A stretch of DNA of 64,000 bases from Antedon mediterranea (Eukaryota > Animalia > Echinodermata), in contig NC_092676.1 of NCBI RefSeq assembly GCF_964355755.1, forward strand, positions 19,362,871 through 19,426,870, read 5' to 3'. A program made the translations under genes and the position numbers. Positions within the stretch are counted from its first letter, which is position 1; each line of letters starts with the position of its first letter. The notes beneath the pieces were generated by a model. The model was not told where the DNA came from. It searched no databases and saw nothing but the letters and a program-made list of their open reading frames with translations. Shown here piece after piece: positions 1 to 12,631 of this stretch.

Positions 1-717
1 TTTAAAAAAGTTCACCACGTAGTTTAGAATTTATGACTGTTTAAAAAAAGGTCTAATTTTGACGATTTTTTGAAGTTTTTCATCAAAAACACGCGCAAAT
101 TATCCAATTCTACGTGCTCGTGTGACGTGATTTTAAGTCGAAATTGATTGAAAATTCCTAAATTTACTAGAAAAGGCTGAAAAAACAAAAATCAAATTTA
201 AAAAAAGATGTTTTTGCGCTACGTGCGCATGCGCGCGTAAAAAAATTGCGCACGCGTGGGAATTTTTGAAATGCTCAAAATGACATGAAACGCATAGAAA
301 GTTGATTAGAAATTGATTTTTCGCATTTTGAAATTTCAAACGCGCGTGCGCGCGTAACTTTTTGTGAAACATGCCATTTTTAATCCATAGAAAGTTTGCG
401 CATGATCTCACTTAAATTTTCACAAAGTTTCAATACAAAACAACTTTTAGTTTTTATTCTATGATCAATCATTGAAATTCATGAAATCGCGCGTAACTTA
501 CGCTGCGCAACTCCAAAATCGTCCAAAAGCTTGGCTGCACATCTACAGCTATAGGTCAACCTTATGACAAAGTTATACAATCTTATGTTGGCCACAAGAT
601 AGAGATGTGCTGCGAACAAAATTCGGGGAAAGAAAGAAGAATAACATAGAAAAAAAAAAAAAAAAAAAAAAAAGATCCTGACAATAACAAGGGGTTATCC
701 GCCAAGTGCGGATAACC
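1..717 (-). mobile_element. Non-autonomous Helentron/HINE-like element, copy 1 (truncated by window edge)
   Basis: Ends in poly-A plus GATCCTGACAATAACAAG and the hairpin GGTTATCCGC-caagt-GCGGATAACC (693-717). Internal sequence is homologous to copies 2 and 3 but more diverged. Confidence 0.7.
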
Positions 718-1925
718 AACTAGATTTGAACTCGTCACTACGGACGAGTTAGGTTATCCGCAGCGCAAAAGCCACGTGCACGTCATACGTTGGAATATTG
801 CGCGCAGAAAAACGATTATGCCATTGAAAAAAATGTTAGTGCGCCCTCTATTTTGCGTCACGTCTGAGTATATACGGTATACACTATATACTGTATACGT
901 ACTACATACAGTGCAGAATAGGTGAAAAGAAGTGACCAAAGTTATTGACGCTTTTGAACATGATGACGTCATAACAATTTTAAAAATGGTAAATCATGCG
1001 AAAGATAATTGATTGACCTAGACAAAATAAAAAAATTGAGGGAAATGGAATACGGATAAGTGGAGATGCGCTCTATTAAATGTGACGAGCTATGACGAAA
1101 GAGAAAAAAATCCTATATTTTATATTCGGGTGGCCATACGATGACGTCACAATGTCTGGTTAGCCATATCAATGCATGATTCGAGAAAAACAACTCATCT
1201 ATTTCCAGAATCTGAAATTTTAAATATTTTCACCTCGGAGTTTAGAATCTATGACTGTTTTAAAAAAGGCATAATTTTGACGAATTTTTGAACTTTTTCT
1301 TCAAAAACGCGCGCAAATTGTTCAATTCTACGTGCTCGTATGACGTGATTTTAAGTCGAAATTGATTGAAAATTGGTAAATGTACTAGAAAAGGCTGAAA
1401 AAACAAAAATCAAGCAAAAAAAAGATGTTTTTGCGCTACATGCGCACGCGCGCGTAAAAAATATGCGCACGCGTGGGAATTTTTGAAATGCTCAAAATGA
1501 CCTGAAACGCGTAGAAAGTTGATTAGAAATGAATTTTTCGCAATTTGAAATTTTAAACGCGCGTGCGCGCGTAACTTTATGTCAAACATGCCATTTTTAA
1601 TCCATAGAAAGTTTGCCCTTGATATGACTTAAATGTTCACCAAGTGTCATTACAAAATGACTTTTGCTTTTTAGTCTATGTTAAATACGCGAAATTCATA
1701 AAATCGCGCGTAGCTTACGCTGCGTTACTCTAAAGTAAAAAAACGAGCTGTCCTGCACTTCTACACATAGAGGTAAATCTTCTGACAAAGTTATACGATG
1801 TAATGTTGATCAGAATTTGAGATACACGTGACACAAAATTTTGGGAAAGAAAGAAGAATAACATAGAAAAAAAAAAAAAAAGATCCTGACAATAACAAGA
1901 GGTTATCCGCCAAGTGCGGATAACC
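718..1925 (-). mobile_element. HINE-like element, copy 2 (about 1.2 kb)
   Basis: One end reads AACTAG, hairpin AACTCGTC-actacg-GACGAGTT, then sub-terminal repeat GGTTATCCGC. The other end has the GGTTATCCGC/GCGGATAACC inverted repeat. On the minus strand this gives 5' TT+subTIR and 3' subTIR+hairpin+CTAG-TT, the Helentron/DINE-1 architecture. No coding capacity. Confidence 0.75.
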
Positions 1926-1935
1926 AAAAAAAAAA

Positions 1936-3219
1936 AACTAGATTTGAACTCGTCACTACGGACGAGTTAGGTTATCCGCAGTGCAAAAGCCACGTGCACG
2001 TCATACGTTAGAATAGTGCGCGCAAAAAAATAAAACGATTATGGCATTGAAAAATGTTAGTGCGCTCTCTATATTGCGTCGCGTCTAAGTATATACGGTA
2101 TAACACTATATACTGTATACGTACTACATACAGTGCAGAATAGGTGAAAATAAGTGACCAAAGTTATTGACGCATTTGAACATGATGACGTCATCACAAT
2201 TTTTAAAATGGTGGATCATGCGAAAGGTAATTGATTGATCTAGACAATATAAAAAAATTGAGTGAAATGGAATAAGGATAAGTAGAGATGCGCTCTATTA
2301 AATTGACGAGCTATGACGAAAGAGAAAAAAATCCTATATTTTATATTCGGGTGGCCATACGATGACGTCACAATGTCTGGTTAGCCATATCAATGCATGA
2401 TTCGAGAAAAACAACTCATCTACTTCCAGAATCTGAAATTTTAAATATTTTCACCTCGGAGTTTAGAATCTATGACTTTTTAAAAAAAGGCATAATTTTC
2501 ACAAATTTTTGAACTTTTTCATCAAAAACGCGCGCAAATTGTTCAATTCTACGTGCTCGTATGACGTGATTTTAAGTCGAAATTGATTGAAAATTGGTAA
2601 ATGTACTAGAAAAGGCTGAAAAAACAAAAATCAAGCAAAAAAAAGATGTTTTTGCGCTACGTGCGCACGCGCGCGTAAAAAATATGCGCACGCGTGGGAA
2701 TTTTTGAAATGCTCAAAATGACCTGAAACGCGTAGAAAGTTGATTAGAAATGAATTTTTCGCAATTTGAAATTTTAAACGCGCGTGCGCGCGTAACTTTA
2801 TGTCAAACATGCCATTTTTAATCCATAGAAAGTTTGCCCTTGATATGACTTAAATGTTCACCAAGTGTCATTACAAAATGACTTTTGCTTTTTAGTCTAT
2901 GTTAAATACGCGAAATTCATAAAATCACGCGTAGCTTACGCTGCGCGACTCTAAAGTAAAAAAACGAGCTGTCCTGCACTTCTACACATAGAGGTAAATC
3001 TTCTGACAAAGTTATACGATGTAATGTTGATCAGAATTTGAGATACACGTGACACAAAATTTTGGGAAAGAAAGAAGAATAACATAGAAAAAAAAAAAAA
3101 AAAAAAAAAAGATCCTGACAATAACAAGAGGTTATCCGCCAAGAGCGGATAACCAAAAAAAAAAAAAAAAAAAAAAGATCCTGACAATAACAAGGGGTTA
3201 TCCGCCAAGAGCGGATAAC

Positions 3220-3256
<37 letters not shown>

Positions 3257-3353
3257 TCCTGACAATAACAAGGGGTTATCCGCCAAGTGCGGATAACCAA
3301 AAAAAAAAAGATCCTGACAATAACAAGAGGTTATCCGCCAAGTGCGGATAACC
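1936..3353 (-). mobile_element. HINE-like element, copy 3, with four tandem copies of its terminal module
   Basis: Near-identical to copy 2. The poly-A+GATCCTGAC...GCGGATAACC module is repeated, ending at 3154, 3220, 3298 and 3353. Confidence 0.75.
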
Positions 3354-3569
3354 AATAAATTAACAAAACGAAAACATTAAAAGAATTAAAAGACCTCTAC
3401 TAAATTGCACCAGCAATATGCATTGGTTTTCATATTTTAAACATAACTTTTAGGAAAGCCACACTTTCATGCATGCAGTCAATTAATCACGAATTAATTT
3501 TACCACATACACTTTAATTGTTTAGAATAGTATTATTACTATGGTGTCATAACTTTCACTTTACCCAAC

Positions 3570-4430
3570 ACCCAGCAGTTAGAGAAAATGAATATTTTGT
3601 TTAAATTATTAGAGAATATAAAACAATATTCTATGTGGTGCATAGTACTGATAATATTTATTACAAAAATAATTCACAAAAATAATTTTAAATATGTATT
3701 TTTACCCCTGTTTACCATTGTTTTTTAATAAAAAATGTTGACAAATCAACTCAGTCTTCTTAGTCCCTTATAAAGGAAAAAAACACTTAACAGCAGTTAA
3801 GGAGAAAATGAATATTTTGTTTTAATTACTACAGAATATAAAACAATATTTTATATGTTGCATAGTACAGATATATTTATTACAAAAATAAATCATAAAA
3901 ATAATTTTATGAATATGTATTTTTAACTCTGATTAATCAAGTTTTTTTAAAAAAAATGTTGACAAATCAACTCAGTCTTCTTAGTCCCATATAAAGGCAA
4001 CATTTACATTTAACAGAAGTTAAACAGAATGGATATTTTGTTTTAATTACTAGAGAATATAAAACAATATTTTATATATGTTGCATAGTACAGATATATT
4101 TATTACAAAAAAAAATCATAAAAATAATTTTATGTATATGTATTTTTAACTCTGATTAATCAAGTTTAAAAAAAAATGTTGAAAAATCAACTCAGTCTTC
4201 TTAGTCCCTTATAAAGGAAAAAAACACTTAACAGCAGTAAAAGAGAAAATGAATATTTTGTTTTAATTACTACAGAATATAAAACAATATTTTATATGTT
4301 GCATAGTACTGATATATTTATTACAAAAATAATTCATAAAAAATAATTTTAAATATGTATTTTTACCTCTGATTAACCCTGTTTTTTTAACAAAAATGTT
4401 GACAAATCAACTCAGTCTTCTTAGTCACAT
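3570..4430. repeat. AT-rich tandem repeat, about 220-bp unit, 4 copies
   Basis: AATCAACTCAGTCTTCTTAGTC recurs near 3744, 3965, 4186 and 4406; GAATATAAAACAATATT recurs with the same period. Confidence 0.9.
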
Positions 4431-4713
4431 AAAGGCACCACAAACTTATTCATAAGGTTTGTAAACGAAAGTTTCAGTAAAGTTTACAAGTGCAAACTAT
4501 ATGTAATTGATTTGTGTGTACCCTCATTTTTAAACATATATTTTAGTCTACTCTGTAAGACTGTAGTATTTTATTACATTGAAACAGTCAATGAACTTAC
4601 TGTGACCTCCATCCACTTATAAAATCCTTATACTTATGGTGTCTTTTTTATTAATTTTTTTTTTTACATTCATTTGAAGAGTGGAAAAATAAACGAAACA
4701 AAGAAAACATCTT

Positions 4714-7678
4714 TTACAATTCAACCTTAGGTGCAGACTTAATATAACTATCAATCATTGTAACATTTTTTATCCAGTTCTGGTATGCCAATTGTGCAAC
4801 ATTTTTCCCCGAAATGGCACCAATTTCCATTGCACTAGCAGCCCATTCTAACCCACTAGTGTAATACAGATTTTGACTAAGTTGGTAAGGAGGTAACTTA
4901 TCATTTGTGGAATAATTAGGATAAGCAAGCCAATCAACAATTTTGACTTCGCTGACATTTAGAAACAATTCATTAATCTCCTCATCCGACAGAGGGCGTT
5001 CTGTGAATATCTTATAAACATATGGGATATCTTCCCTTACCCCAGTCTCGTAATCGACTGGAATTTTTAGCGCTAGGCCTCGTATGGGTATTTTACCATC
5101 AACTGTGGTCATGATTTCTTCTGGAAGATCGGGTAGAGTGGGTTTACCGAAGTATTTTGAATTTGGTGTTCCATGTACAAAATTAGCTACAGTTCTCTGA
5201 TATTCACCTTTGAAATAATGAATTGGTGGTGAAATATTTTCAAAATCAATTTTAGACAACTTGTCTTGAAGAGGAGTTGCGACAACTACAATGTCAAAAT
5301 CTTTGGAGGTCAACTTTCCGGTTTCTTCATCATTCCAATACAAAGTGTAAGAGTTATCCTCATTGCCTCTAACTTTCATTACTTTTCTTTTTATCAATGT
5401 GGCTTTTGAGACTTTGATAAGATTTTCACAAACTTGTTTGTTTCCATTAAACACACTCCAAAGACCTGGTTGAACACCGGCAAGTGAAATCAATCCTAGG
5501 AATAAAAAATGATAAGAAATTAAATTTTGTAATTTTGTTTCATCAAATAACTGAAATCAAATCAAGAATTTAAAAACGTAGTAGCTCTTATCTCTTGCAA
5601 TACACAAATTAAAGTATAAAAAATAAATTGGTTTAAATGTTGTTAATTACATTAAAAATAAATTTAAGTCTTGTGTCTGTTAATTTAGGAGCCTAAGGTG
5701 GGGTTTGGGTTATAGTCAAGCTTGTGAATATATTTGCTAATAATAATATGGTATATTTTTTAGGGCAAGCACAGTTTATAATGAGCAAATTAATCTGAAC
5801 ACTATAGAGGGCAGCATACTCAAATTGTTCAATTTCAGAGTAAGTATACCATCACGCAGATGCAGTGTCTAAACCTCGGCATGATTATGGTATGTTATGT
5901 CATGGATGGGTAGATACTGACCTGCAAAAGCAGTCATATTGACCGATTGACCATAATTTTCTCTTGTTGCCACTGTGGCAAGCTCATCAATAAGCCGTTG
6001 TGATAAGCCAAAACCTTTTAATACATCCGCAAGAGGCATTTTTGTGTAATTCAGAAACACCTCATCCATAGCTGCAAGCAGTAACTCTGGTGTGCTAAAG
6101 GAGTAACCAATACTTTGTATGTCGTAGATACTGTCAAGTAAAATACAAACAATAAACAAATTAAGTATAAAATAATACTGTATGATATAATAATTCCACC
6201 TAATTTAGGCTAAATATGGACACATATTTAGTTGATTCCATTGGTTAATACAATCCAAGTATAATCCCACCCACTATAAATTTGTTTGCCAAATTTTGTA
6301 CCCACACCCTCTTGAACTATAATTTTGGTCAAATATGATAATGATATTAATAATTTATTATTTTAATAAATATTTTGTTCTTTATATGAATGTTTTTTCC
6401 AACTGTTTTTTTTTTAACCACAATATGGTGGCGGTATTAGCTACTATTAGGCTATTTTCAGTATTTATATTTAGCCCAACAACACAACACCCCTGTGCTC
6501 CCCTCCCACACATGCCCCTCTCACACATGCCCCTCCCACACATGCCCCTCCCAACATCATAGATCCTCCTTTGGAAATGATGATGATACCTAGAAAAGCT
6601 GTCAATCATTTTATTGATTTCACTGTTTAAGTAAATGAAGTCTAGCTTATATCGCCACAGCAACTTCAGGATGTTCAATATCTCTGATGAACCCTCTTCA
6701 TAGACAAACTCTTTGCCATTGTAAATACCCATCCTTAAATCAGGGGAGTCAGCCTTCTTTAAATCTATAGGAAAACATTGTATTACAATCCGATACATGC
6801 CATAAAATAATAAAAAAATATTTTTAGTAGTACCAGAGGATTAGTTCAATTAAATCTTTAAAACAAAATTGACTACTGTACATCCAAAAAAAAAAAAAAA
6901 AAAAGTAGATATTGACCATTTTTTCTACAGGTTTGAACATTTCCTTCTCTTTTTCACATGAAAATTAATTGTGCAATTGCTTAAATTTCCCAAAATGTTT
7001 TATTATATTAACAGATAGAAAGAAAAATGCAATACATAATATAATAAACAACTAGTTATCAAACATGATTTATGATCGACGGAACGAACTCTATCTCACC
7101 AAACTGATCCAGAAAATCATCCATATACACATTTTTCTCATGTAGAACTGAACCACCAGACTCATAAAATCTGTTCGCCAATTCCACAGTTGCCATTCGT
7201 CCACCAATTTCATTTGGTTCAAATAATGTAACAGAGACACCATCACCAAACACTTTTGGTAGGAAGTAACTGCAGGAGGTTCCACTAATACCACCACCAA
7301 TGACAGCTAAAAAAAGTAAAAACAGAAAACAAAACTGTGGTTATTCGATGATGATCGGGACCACGGCGATACAGTAATTATTAAACTAGGCCTATCTATG
7401 CATGCACAGTAGCACTAGCAGTAGTAGACTCTAGAGAGGTCTACTAGGCATAGCTAGCTAAGTTAGTAGTAGTAGGCTACTACTACCGGTACCTACCTTG
7501 TCTTACTTTACCTAGAGATAGGCTTAGATAGATAGCTAGTTGAGTAATTCTTTCTGGTGATTGACTTACCAATAGCTACATTTTCACTGTCTTTATTGTC
7601 ATCGAATAAAGCATATGCTGACCATGGTATTAGTAGAAAGCATACTATTAAACTAATTAACTGTGAATACAAATACAT
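4714..7678 (-). CDS. PCYOX1: Prenylcysteine oxidase 1 (prenylcysteine lyase family), 493 aa
   Basis: Exons 7678-7570, 7306-7100, 6764-6590, 6130-5922 and 5495-4714 join in frame with GT-AG introns. Signal peptide MYLYSQLISLIVCFLLIPWSAYA; FAD motif IAVIGGGISG; GGRMATV..YESGGSVLH; C-terminal WLAYP, EWAASAME and GKNVA motifs; ER-retention-like KVEL end. Confidence 0.95.
6490..6553. repeat. 15-bp minisatellite CCCCTCCCACACATG, about 4 copies, in PCYOX1 intron 3
   Basis: Direct repeats visible; G-run-rich on the PCYOX1 sense strand. Confidence 0.8.
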
Positions 7679-7813
7679 AACGAAATAGGATGACTACTAT
7701 TAACTAAAATACTACTGTACTACGGAAGAGTCTTCCTACTACCACACTATCTTTGCCTAAACCAAACCAAAACATTAAAGCACTCCCTCTATCGTTAACC
7801 GGAAGACAAAAAC
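7679..7813. promoter_or_regulatory. Probable compact bidirectional promoter for PCYOX1 and DIABLO
   Basis: Lies between the PCYOX1 ATG (7678, minus) and a plus-strand exon ending in donors at 7876/7887. ETS-type CCGGAAG at 7799-7805 and CGGAAG near 7723. Confidence 0.55.
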
Positions 7814-8647
7814 ATGTGGTTGTGTTGTTTGTTTGTGAGACGACGACGGAGACATCGTCTCAAGGAAGGAGGAAGGTACATCCACGGTAATTAAATTTAA
7901 AATTTAAATTCTAAATTTGGTTTATATATAACCATGCTGTAATTTGTTTGATCCACTCATTCATGGGGAGGCCTAGACTGAACCTGTTACTTTAGTACTG
8001 ATTAATTAGCTAAAAAAGCCTAGGCTAGAAGGCCACTGGACTGCTACTGGTAGCGGGACGATTCGGCACACTTATATTTATCGGCTTTTTGATATGCATG
8101 TATAATATAAGCATAAAATAAGCTTTTTTCCCTAAACTTTATTTTCAGAGAGACTATGGGGTAGTACTACTGTAATAGGGATAAAGATGCAATAAAGCAA
8201 ACATTTTGAAAACATTATCGAAAATGATCATTTTTTAGTCACTTTTTATCTGAGTTTTCTGTTGAGCACAAATTTACAATTCGAATACAAAAAGTACTCA
8301 ACGAATCTTTACGTTGACAATGAAAGTTCCCAATCGAATACAACAATTCTTTGCTCAGTGCGCCTGCTGCATGCTGACATACTGCATTGCCCTCTGCCTG
8401 CAGTTGGTAGACTTTAAATTACATGCTTCTTATGTTGTGCACGATTTGAAATTTGTGCAAATTTAAAAGAGCACAAAATTTTTTTTTCAGTATTTGATCA
8501 AACCAAAGTCAGTTGTAAAAAGTAATTAAAGAAAGATTTACAAACGAGTTAGGCCTATGTTTGAGATATAATAGATGATTTATTGATGATATAAGTTCAG
8601 TGTACTTAAACTTGTTTTATTTTAAATTTTATTTTTTAAACAGCAAA

Positions 8648-11390
8648 ATGTGGAGTAGTACATTAATAAGATTTGTTGCTAGAAACAGGATTGTGTGGTA
8701 TTCTATGAGTGCTGGGATTTTCACAAGCCAGGTTAAAACAGAAACAAACATTCAAAAAGCTTCTACCAAATCTTATATATTACAGGTATATATAATAGTT
8801 TAATAAATTGCCTGATTCATTGGCAGTTACAGAGAAGGATACAGCATTGTGTACAGGGCCGTAGCCAGGATCTGTCAAGGGGAGGGGGTATGGGGTACGT
8901 ATTTGGGTCACTGCAATATAACAATATGTACGCGCTTGTCTGGCGGTGTGAATCGTTCGTGGCCTAGCTGTAGTGAAAATTCACTATACATGCAATTCAT
9001 TTGCAACACTTATACATTTACAGACACGTAACGCTCGATGTATGCTCATACAGGGAAGAAGAAGTTATTCACAAACGAAACAAATTTGTCAATTATTTAT
9101 GAATAACCTTTTGTACTGTGGGGCACATATTTGGAGGATTTTCAAAGATAACGTGAGGGTATTTGGCTTGTCAGGGATGGAGGTTCGCAGTCTGTTAAGT
9201 GGGGTTCGCTGTAAAGTGGGGGTTTGCACATAAAAACCTCCCCTGGCTACGGTCCTGGTGTATAAAGGGGAAGGTGGGGGTGTATTTTTCTTTCTATTTC
9301 TATTTAAATATAAGAGGTTGCAGCGATGTAGCTACAAGTTTTCGCAAGAAAAGGGAACAATCTCTGTTCAAGCCACGTTGTTTGAGGTTGGGTGCGTGGG
9401 TTGCGTGCCTGATGTACTTGAATCATGGATATTTCAATCTGGTACAATACGTTCACTTCTGTTATAAGAGAACTCTAAAAGCCTGAATAGCTTCATATAA
9501 ATGTTAATAACTATTTCTTCAGGATGTTTCTTCAGATTTGACCCATAGCCAGTTGATCAAGAATGCATCAAGTGCTGCAGTTGATTCAGCTTCAAGACTT
9601 CTGTCGCAGACAGCAATAGCAATCATTAACGTGTACAATAGTTATACAAAGGTAAACCCACAATTAAACAGATTCATGGAAACTTCCCAATTCACAAAGC
9701 GGATCTAAAGCTCTGTCTACACTATCAAACTTTATGGTACAAAAATATGTGATGTGCCCATATATGGACATGATGATGTCATATCACTACATATTTGGGA
9801 ATATCACTACCATATTGGGCACATTACACTTTTTTTTGTCAAACTAGTTTAATAGTGTGGACGAAACTTAAGGGAGGACACAACTTGAAAAAGGAATTGT
9901 TACCAAATGTGCTGTATACATTGTTTATTGTTAAAGGGTATAACATATTGCCCATTACAAAATATAAACCCTGGCAACAGCATTGAAAATAATCCAACTC
10001 ACCCCTTGTCAATGGCAAAGCATGATGACTTTTTTTTAATGTTATAATAAGATAAGAAGTCTAAATAAGTTTATTTTGACCAAAAAAAAGTATGATATGT
10101 GCCAAAATATGACAGTGATATACCCAAATATGGTAGTGGTATGACATCATCATGTCCATATACATATATGTGGGCACATCACATTCTTTTGTACTGCACC
10201 GCTGATGAAAAATGAGGTTGGTTAATGCTGTTGCCAAGACGACCCACACTTTACAACAAATAATAGAAATTTTAAATAAGCTACCCTTTAAATAATTTTC
10301 TCTTTTTATGAAGTCAGTTGAAGATCTCATAGAGTTATTCAAGCTTCATACGCAGTGCCTTGGAGATGAAGCTGCACAGGATGATGTATGGCAGATGATA
10401 ATCCAGCAAAGAGTGGAACTAGATGACCAGAAGGCTGCCATAAAGGAACTTGATGACCTTCTTAATACTGCCAGGAAAGTGTTAGAGAACGCTTCTGAGG
10501 CTGCATATATATCAGGTAACATTTATTTTCAGGATTTTTATATCAAAGATTCTCTCCAGGTGGAATGCCATCCTGAGATGAGTAGTAGTAATTAGTACAG
10601 TCTTGTTTATTTTTAATTAATTTATATGTAACTATGTTACTTTCTATGGACCAGAAATTCAGAAATAAAAGATTGATTGATTGTATATCATATTCTTCTA
10701 GATGCCTATATTTTTCGTTTAATAGTGTTCTCTATAGTTTGATGTGCTTCAATTATAACTGTGTTTTAAATTTGTATAGCACCCTCTCTTGTTTGGCTAT
10801 ACTTTCATAAATGTACACCATATTTCAATTTTCTGAGCCATTGTGTGTAATATGTGAGATATTATAATATATGTTGCAATATTGCTTCATATCAAGTGAT
10901 AGAACATTATGTTGTTATGAACATTATTATTTTGTTATGTTATTACTAGGCACTTTGTTGATTATAAATATCATAACCGTGTGTGCTGTAGTGTTATGTA
11001 CCGTATCCTGAAATTTTACTTATTTGACCTCCTTTCACAATTAGCAAGTACAGGTATCTTTTTAATTAATTTAATTACCATATTTATTATTTCTTTGTTA
11101 CCTGGTTACTAAATCTGTACTAGTTGTATTTGAAGTGTGAACAATTAAATAAAAGAAAACAAATTTGGTAAAGTGTGAAGTAACATTAAATTATCTTTTT
11201 TTTTGTTGAAGGATGCGAATATTCTGCTGTAACTGCAAATGAGAAACTACATACTACCAATGTTTTAGTTGAAAATGCACAAATGGCGTCACAGAAAATG
11301 GATGTTCAACTGGCACAGGCCCAAAAGGAAGATATTACGGAGGTCATGAACTCTGAAGATTCTAATTTAGAATCAGATCAAGAAAGTTGA
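8648..11390 (+). CDS. DIABLO: DIABLO/Smac homologue, mitochondrial, 215 aa
   Basis: Exons 8648-8785, 9523-9651, 10314-10515 and 11212-11390 join in frame. LIKNASSAAVDSASRLLSQT, DDVWQMIIQQR and ASEAAYISG match the Smac helical domain from memory (human [40 protein letters not shown]). Arg/Ser-rich presequence-like N-terminus. Confidence 0.9.
8854..9257. mobile_element. MITE in a DIABLO intron
   Basis: TIRs CAGGGCCGTAGCCAGG / CCTGGCTACGGTCCTG, with GTGTA duplicated on both flanks. Confidence 0.8.
9707..9870. mobile_element. MITE family A (about 165 bp, PIF/Harbinger-Tourist-like)
   Basis: TIR AAGCTCTGTCTACACTATCAAACT at TAA/TTA-like sites, with internal CATATCACTACCATATTTGG repeats. Partial copies also near 10066-10195 and 19805-19910. 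Confidence 0.8.
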
Positions 11391-11407
11391 TGACAGTTGA
11401 TTGTTAC

Positions 11408-11604
11408 ATACACTAACAAACTTTATGTGACACAAAAAAGTGATGTGTTCATATATGGACATGATGATGTTACATCACTACCATATCTGGACATATCACT
11501 ATGATATTTGGACATAACACTACCATATTTGGACATATCACTACCATATTTGGTCACATCGCACTTTTTTTGTCAAACTAGTTTGATAGTGTAAACAAAG
11601 CTTT
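11408..11604. mobile_element. MITE family A copy in the DIABLO 3' region
   Basis: Same internal sequence and AAACTAGTTTGATAGTGTA end as 9707-9870. Confidence 0.8.
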
Positions 11605-11659
11605 ACAAATACAGATTACATTGAGAAAACTATTGTCAATACCCATTTGTAGTTGGGAC

Positions 11660-12305
11660 ACCCTATTAAGGAGACACTATGTGTGAAACGAATGAAGGGC
11701 AATATATGTTTTAACACTACCAGTCAACCCCTGTTTAGAGACGGCTCTATTCACAGATACACCTTTTAAAGGGACACTCCATTAAGGGTATGCTTTCATG
11801 TGAAACGAATGAAGGGCAATAATGTTCTAACACACAGACAACCCCTATTTAGAGACACCCCTATACAGAGGTACACCTTTTAAAGGGACACCCATTAAGG
11901 GTATGCTTTCATGTGAAACGAATGAAGGGCAATAATGTTCTAACACACAGACAACCCCTATTTAGAGACACCCCTATACAGAGGTACACCTTTTAAAGGG
12001 ACACCCATTAAGGGTATGCTTTCATGTGAAACGAATGAAGGGCAATAATGTTCTAACACACAGACAACCCCTATTTAGAGACACCCCTATTTAGAGACAC
12101 CCCTATACAGAGGTACACCTTTTTAAAGGGACACCCATTAAGGGTATGCTTTCATGTGAAACGAATTAAGAGCAATATATGTTCTAACACACAGACAACC
12201 CCTATTAAGGGATACTCCTTTTAAAGGAACGGGTATGCTTTCATGTAAATATAATATGTTTAACACTACAGTCAATTCAGGGATACACCTATTAAGGGGA
12301 CACTT
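11660..12305. repeat. Tandem repeat, about 113-bp unit, about 5 copies, probably MITE-derived
   Basis: TAAGGGTATGCTTTCATGTGAAACGAAT recurs at 11783, 11896, 12009 and 12139. A related GTGTCCCTTTAAAAA x4 array lies at 38220-38295. Confidence 0.85.
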
Positions 12306-12449
12306 TGTTGAGTTCTGAAAGTGTGCCCTTAATAGAGGTTCTAATGTTAATCTATGCTTACACCACAGGTCATGCATATTAAGAAAGCATAGTACCCTCT
12401 AAAGATTCTGCTTTAACATGTTATTTAACATTGTCAGTATTATATGGAT

Positions 12450-12631
12450 TAAAGTCCAATTTACACAGACGACGAGTGGTAACGTTAAGCGGAAAGCCGT
12501 GTAGGTTTTCCCTAGAATCTGTATCAACCTTGAGCAAAAACCACCCGTCCGCTCCATATTTTGTGTAAATGTTCATAAGAAATAGATTCTATATTGTTAT
12601 TACTGTTACCGTCTGTGTAAATTGGCCTTTA
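12450..12631. mobile_element. MITE
   Basis: TIRs TAAAGTCCAATTTACACAGACG / CGTCTGTGTAAATTGGCCTTTA. Confidence 0.75.

Noticed and set aside
133-3355. ORFs in the first 3.4 kb (poly-Phe, MVIRTWRIT...)
   Set aside because: They are translations of the non-coding HINE repeat and its poly-A tracts.
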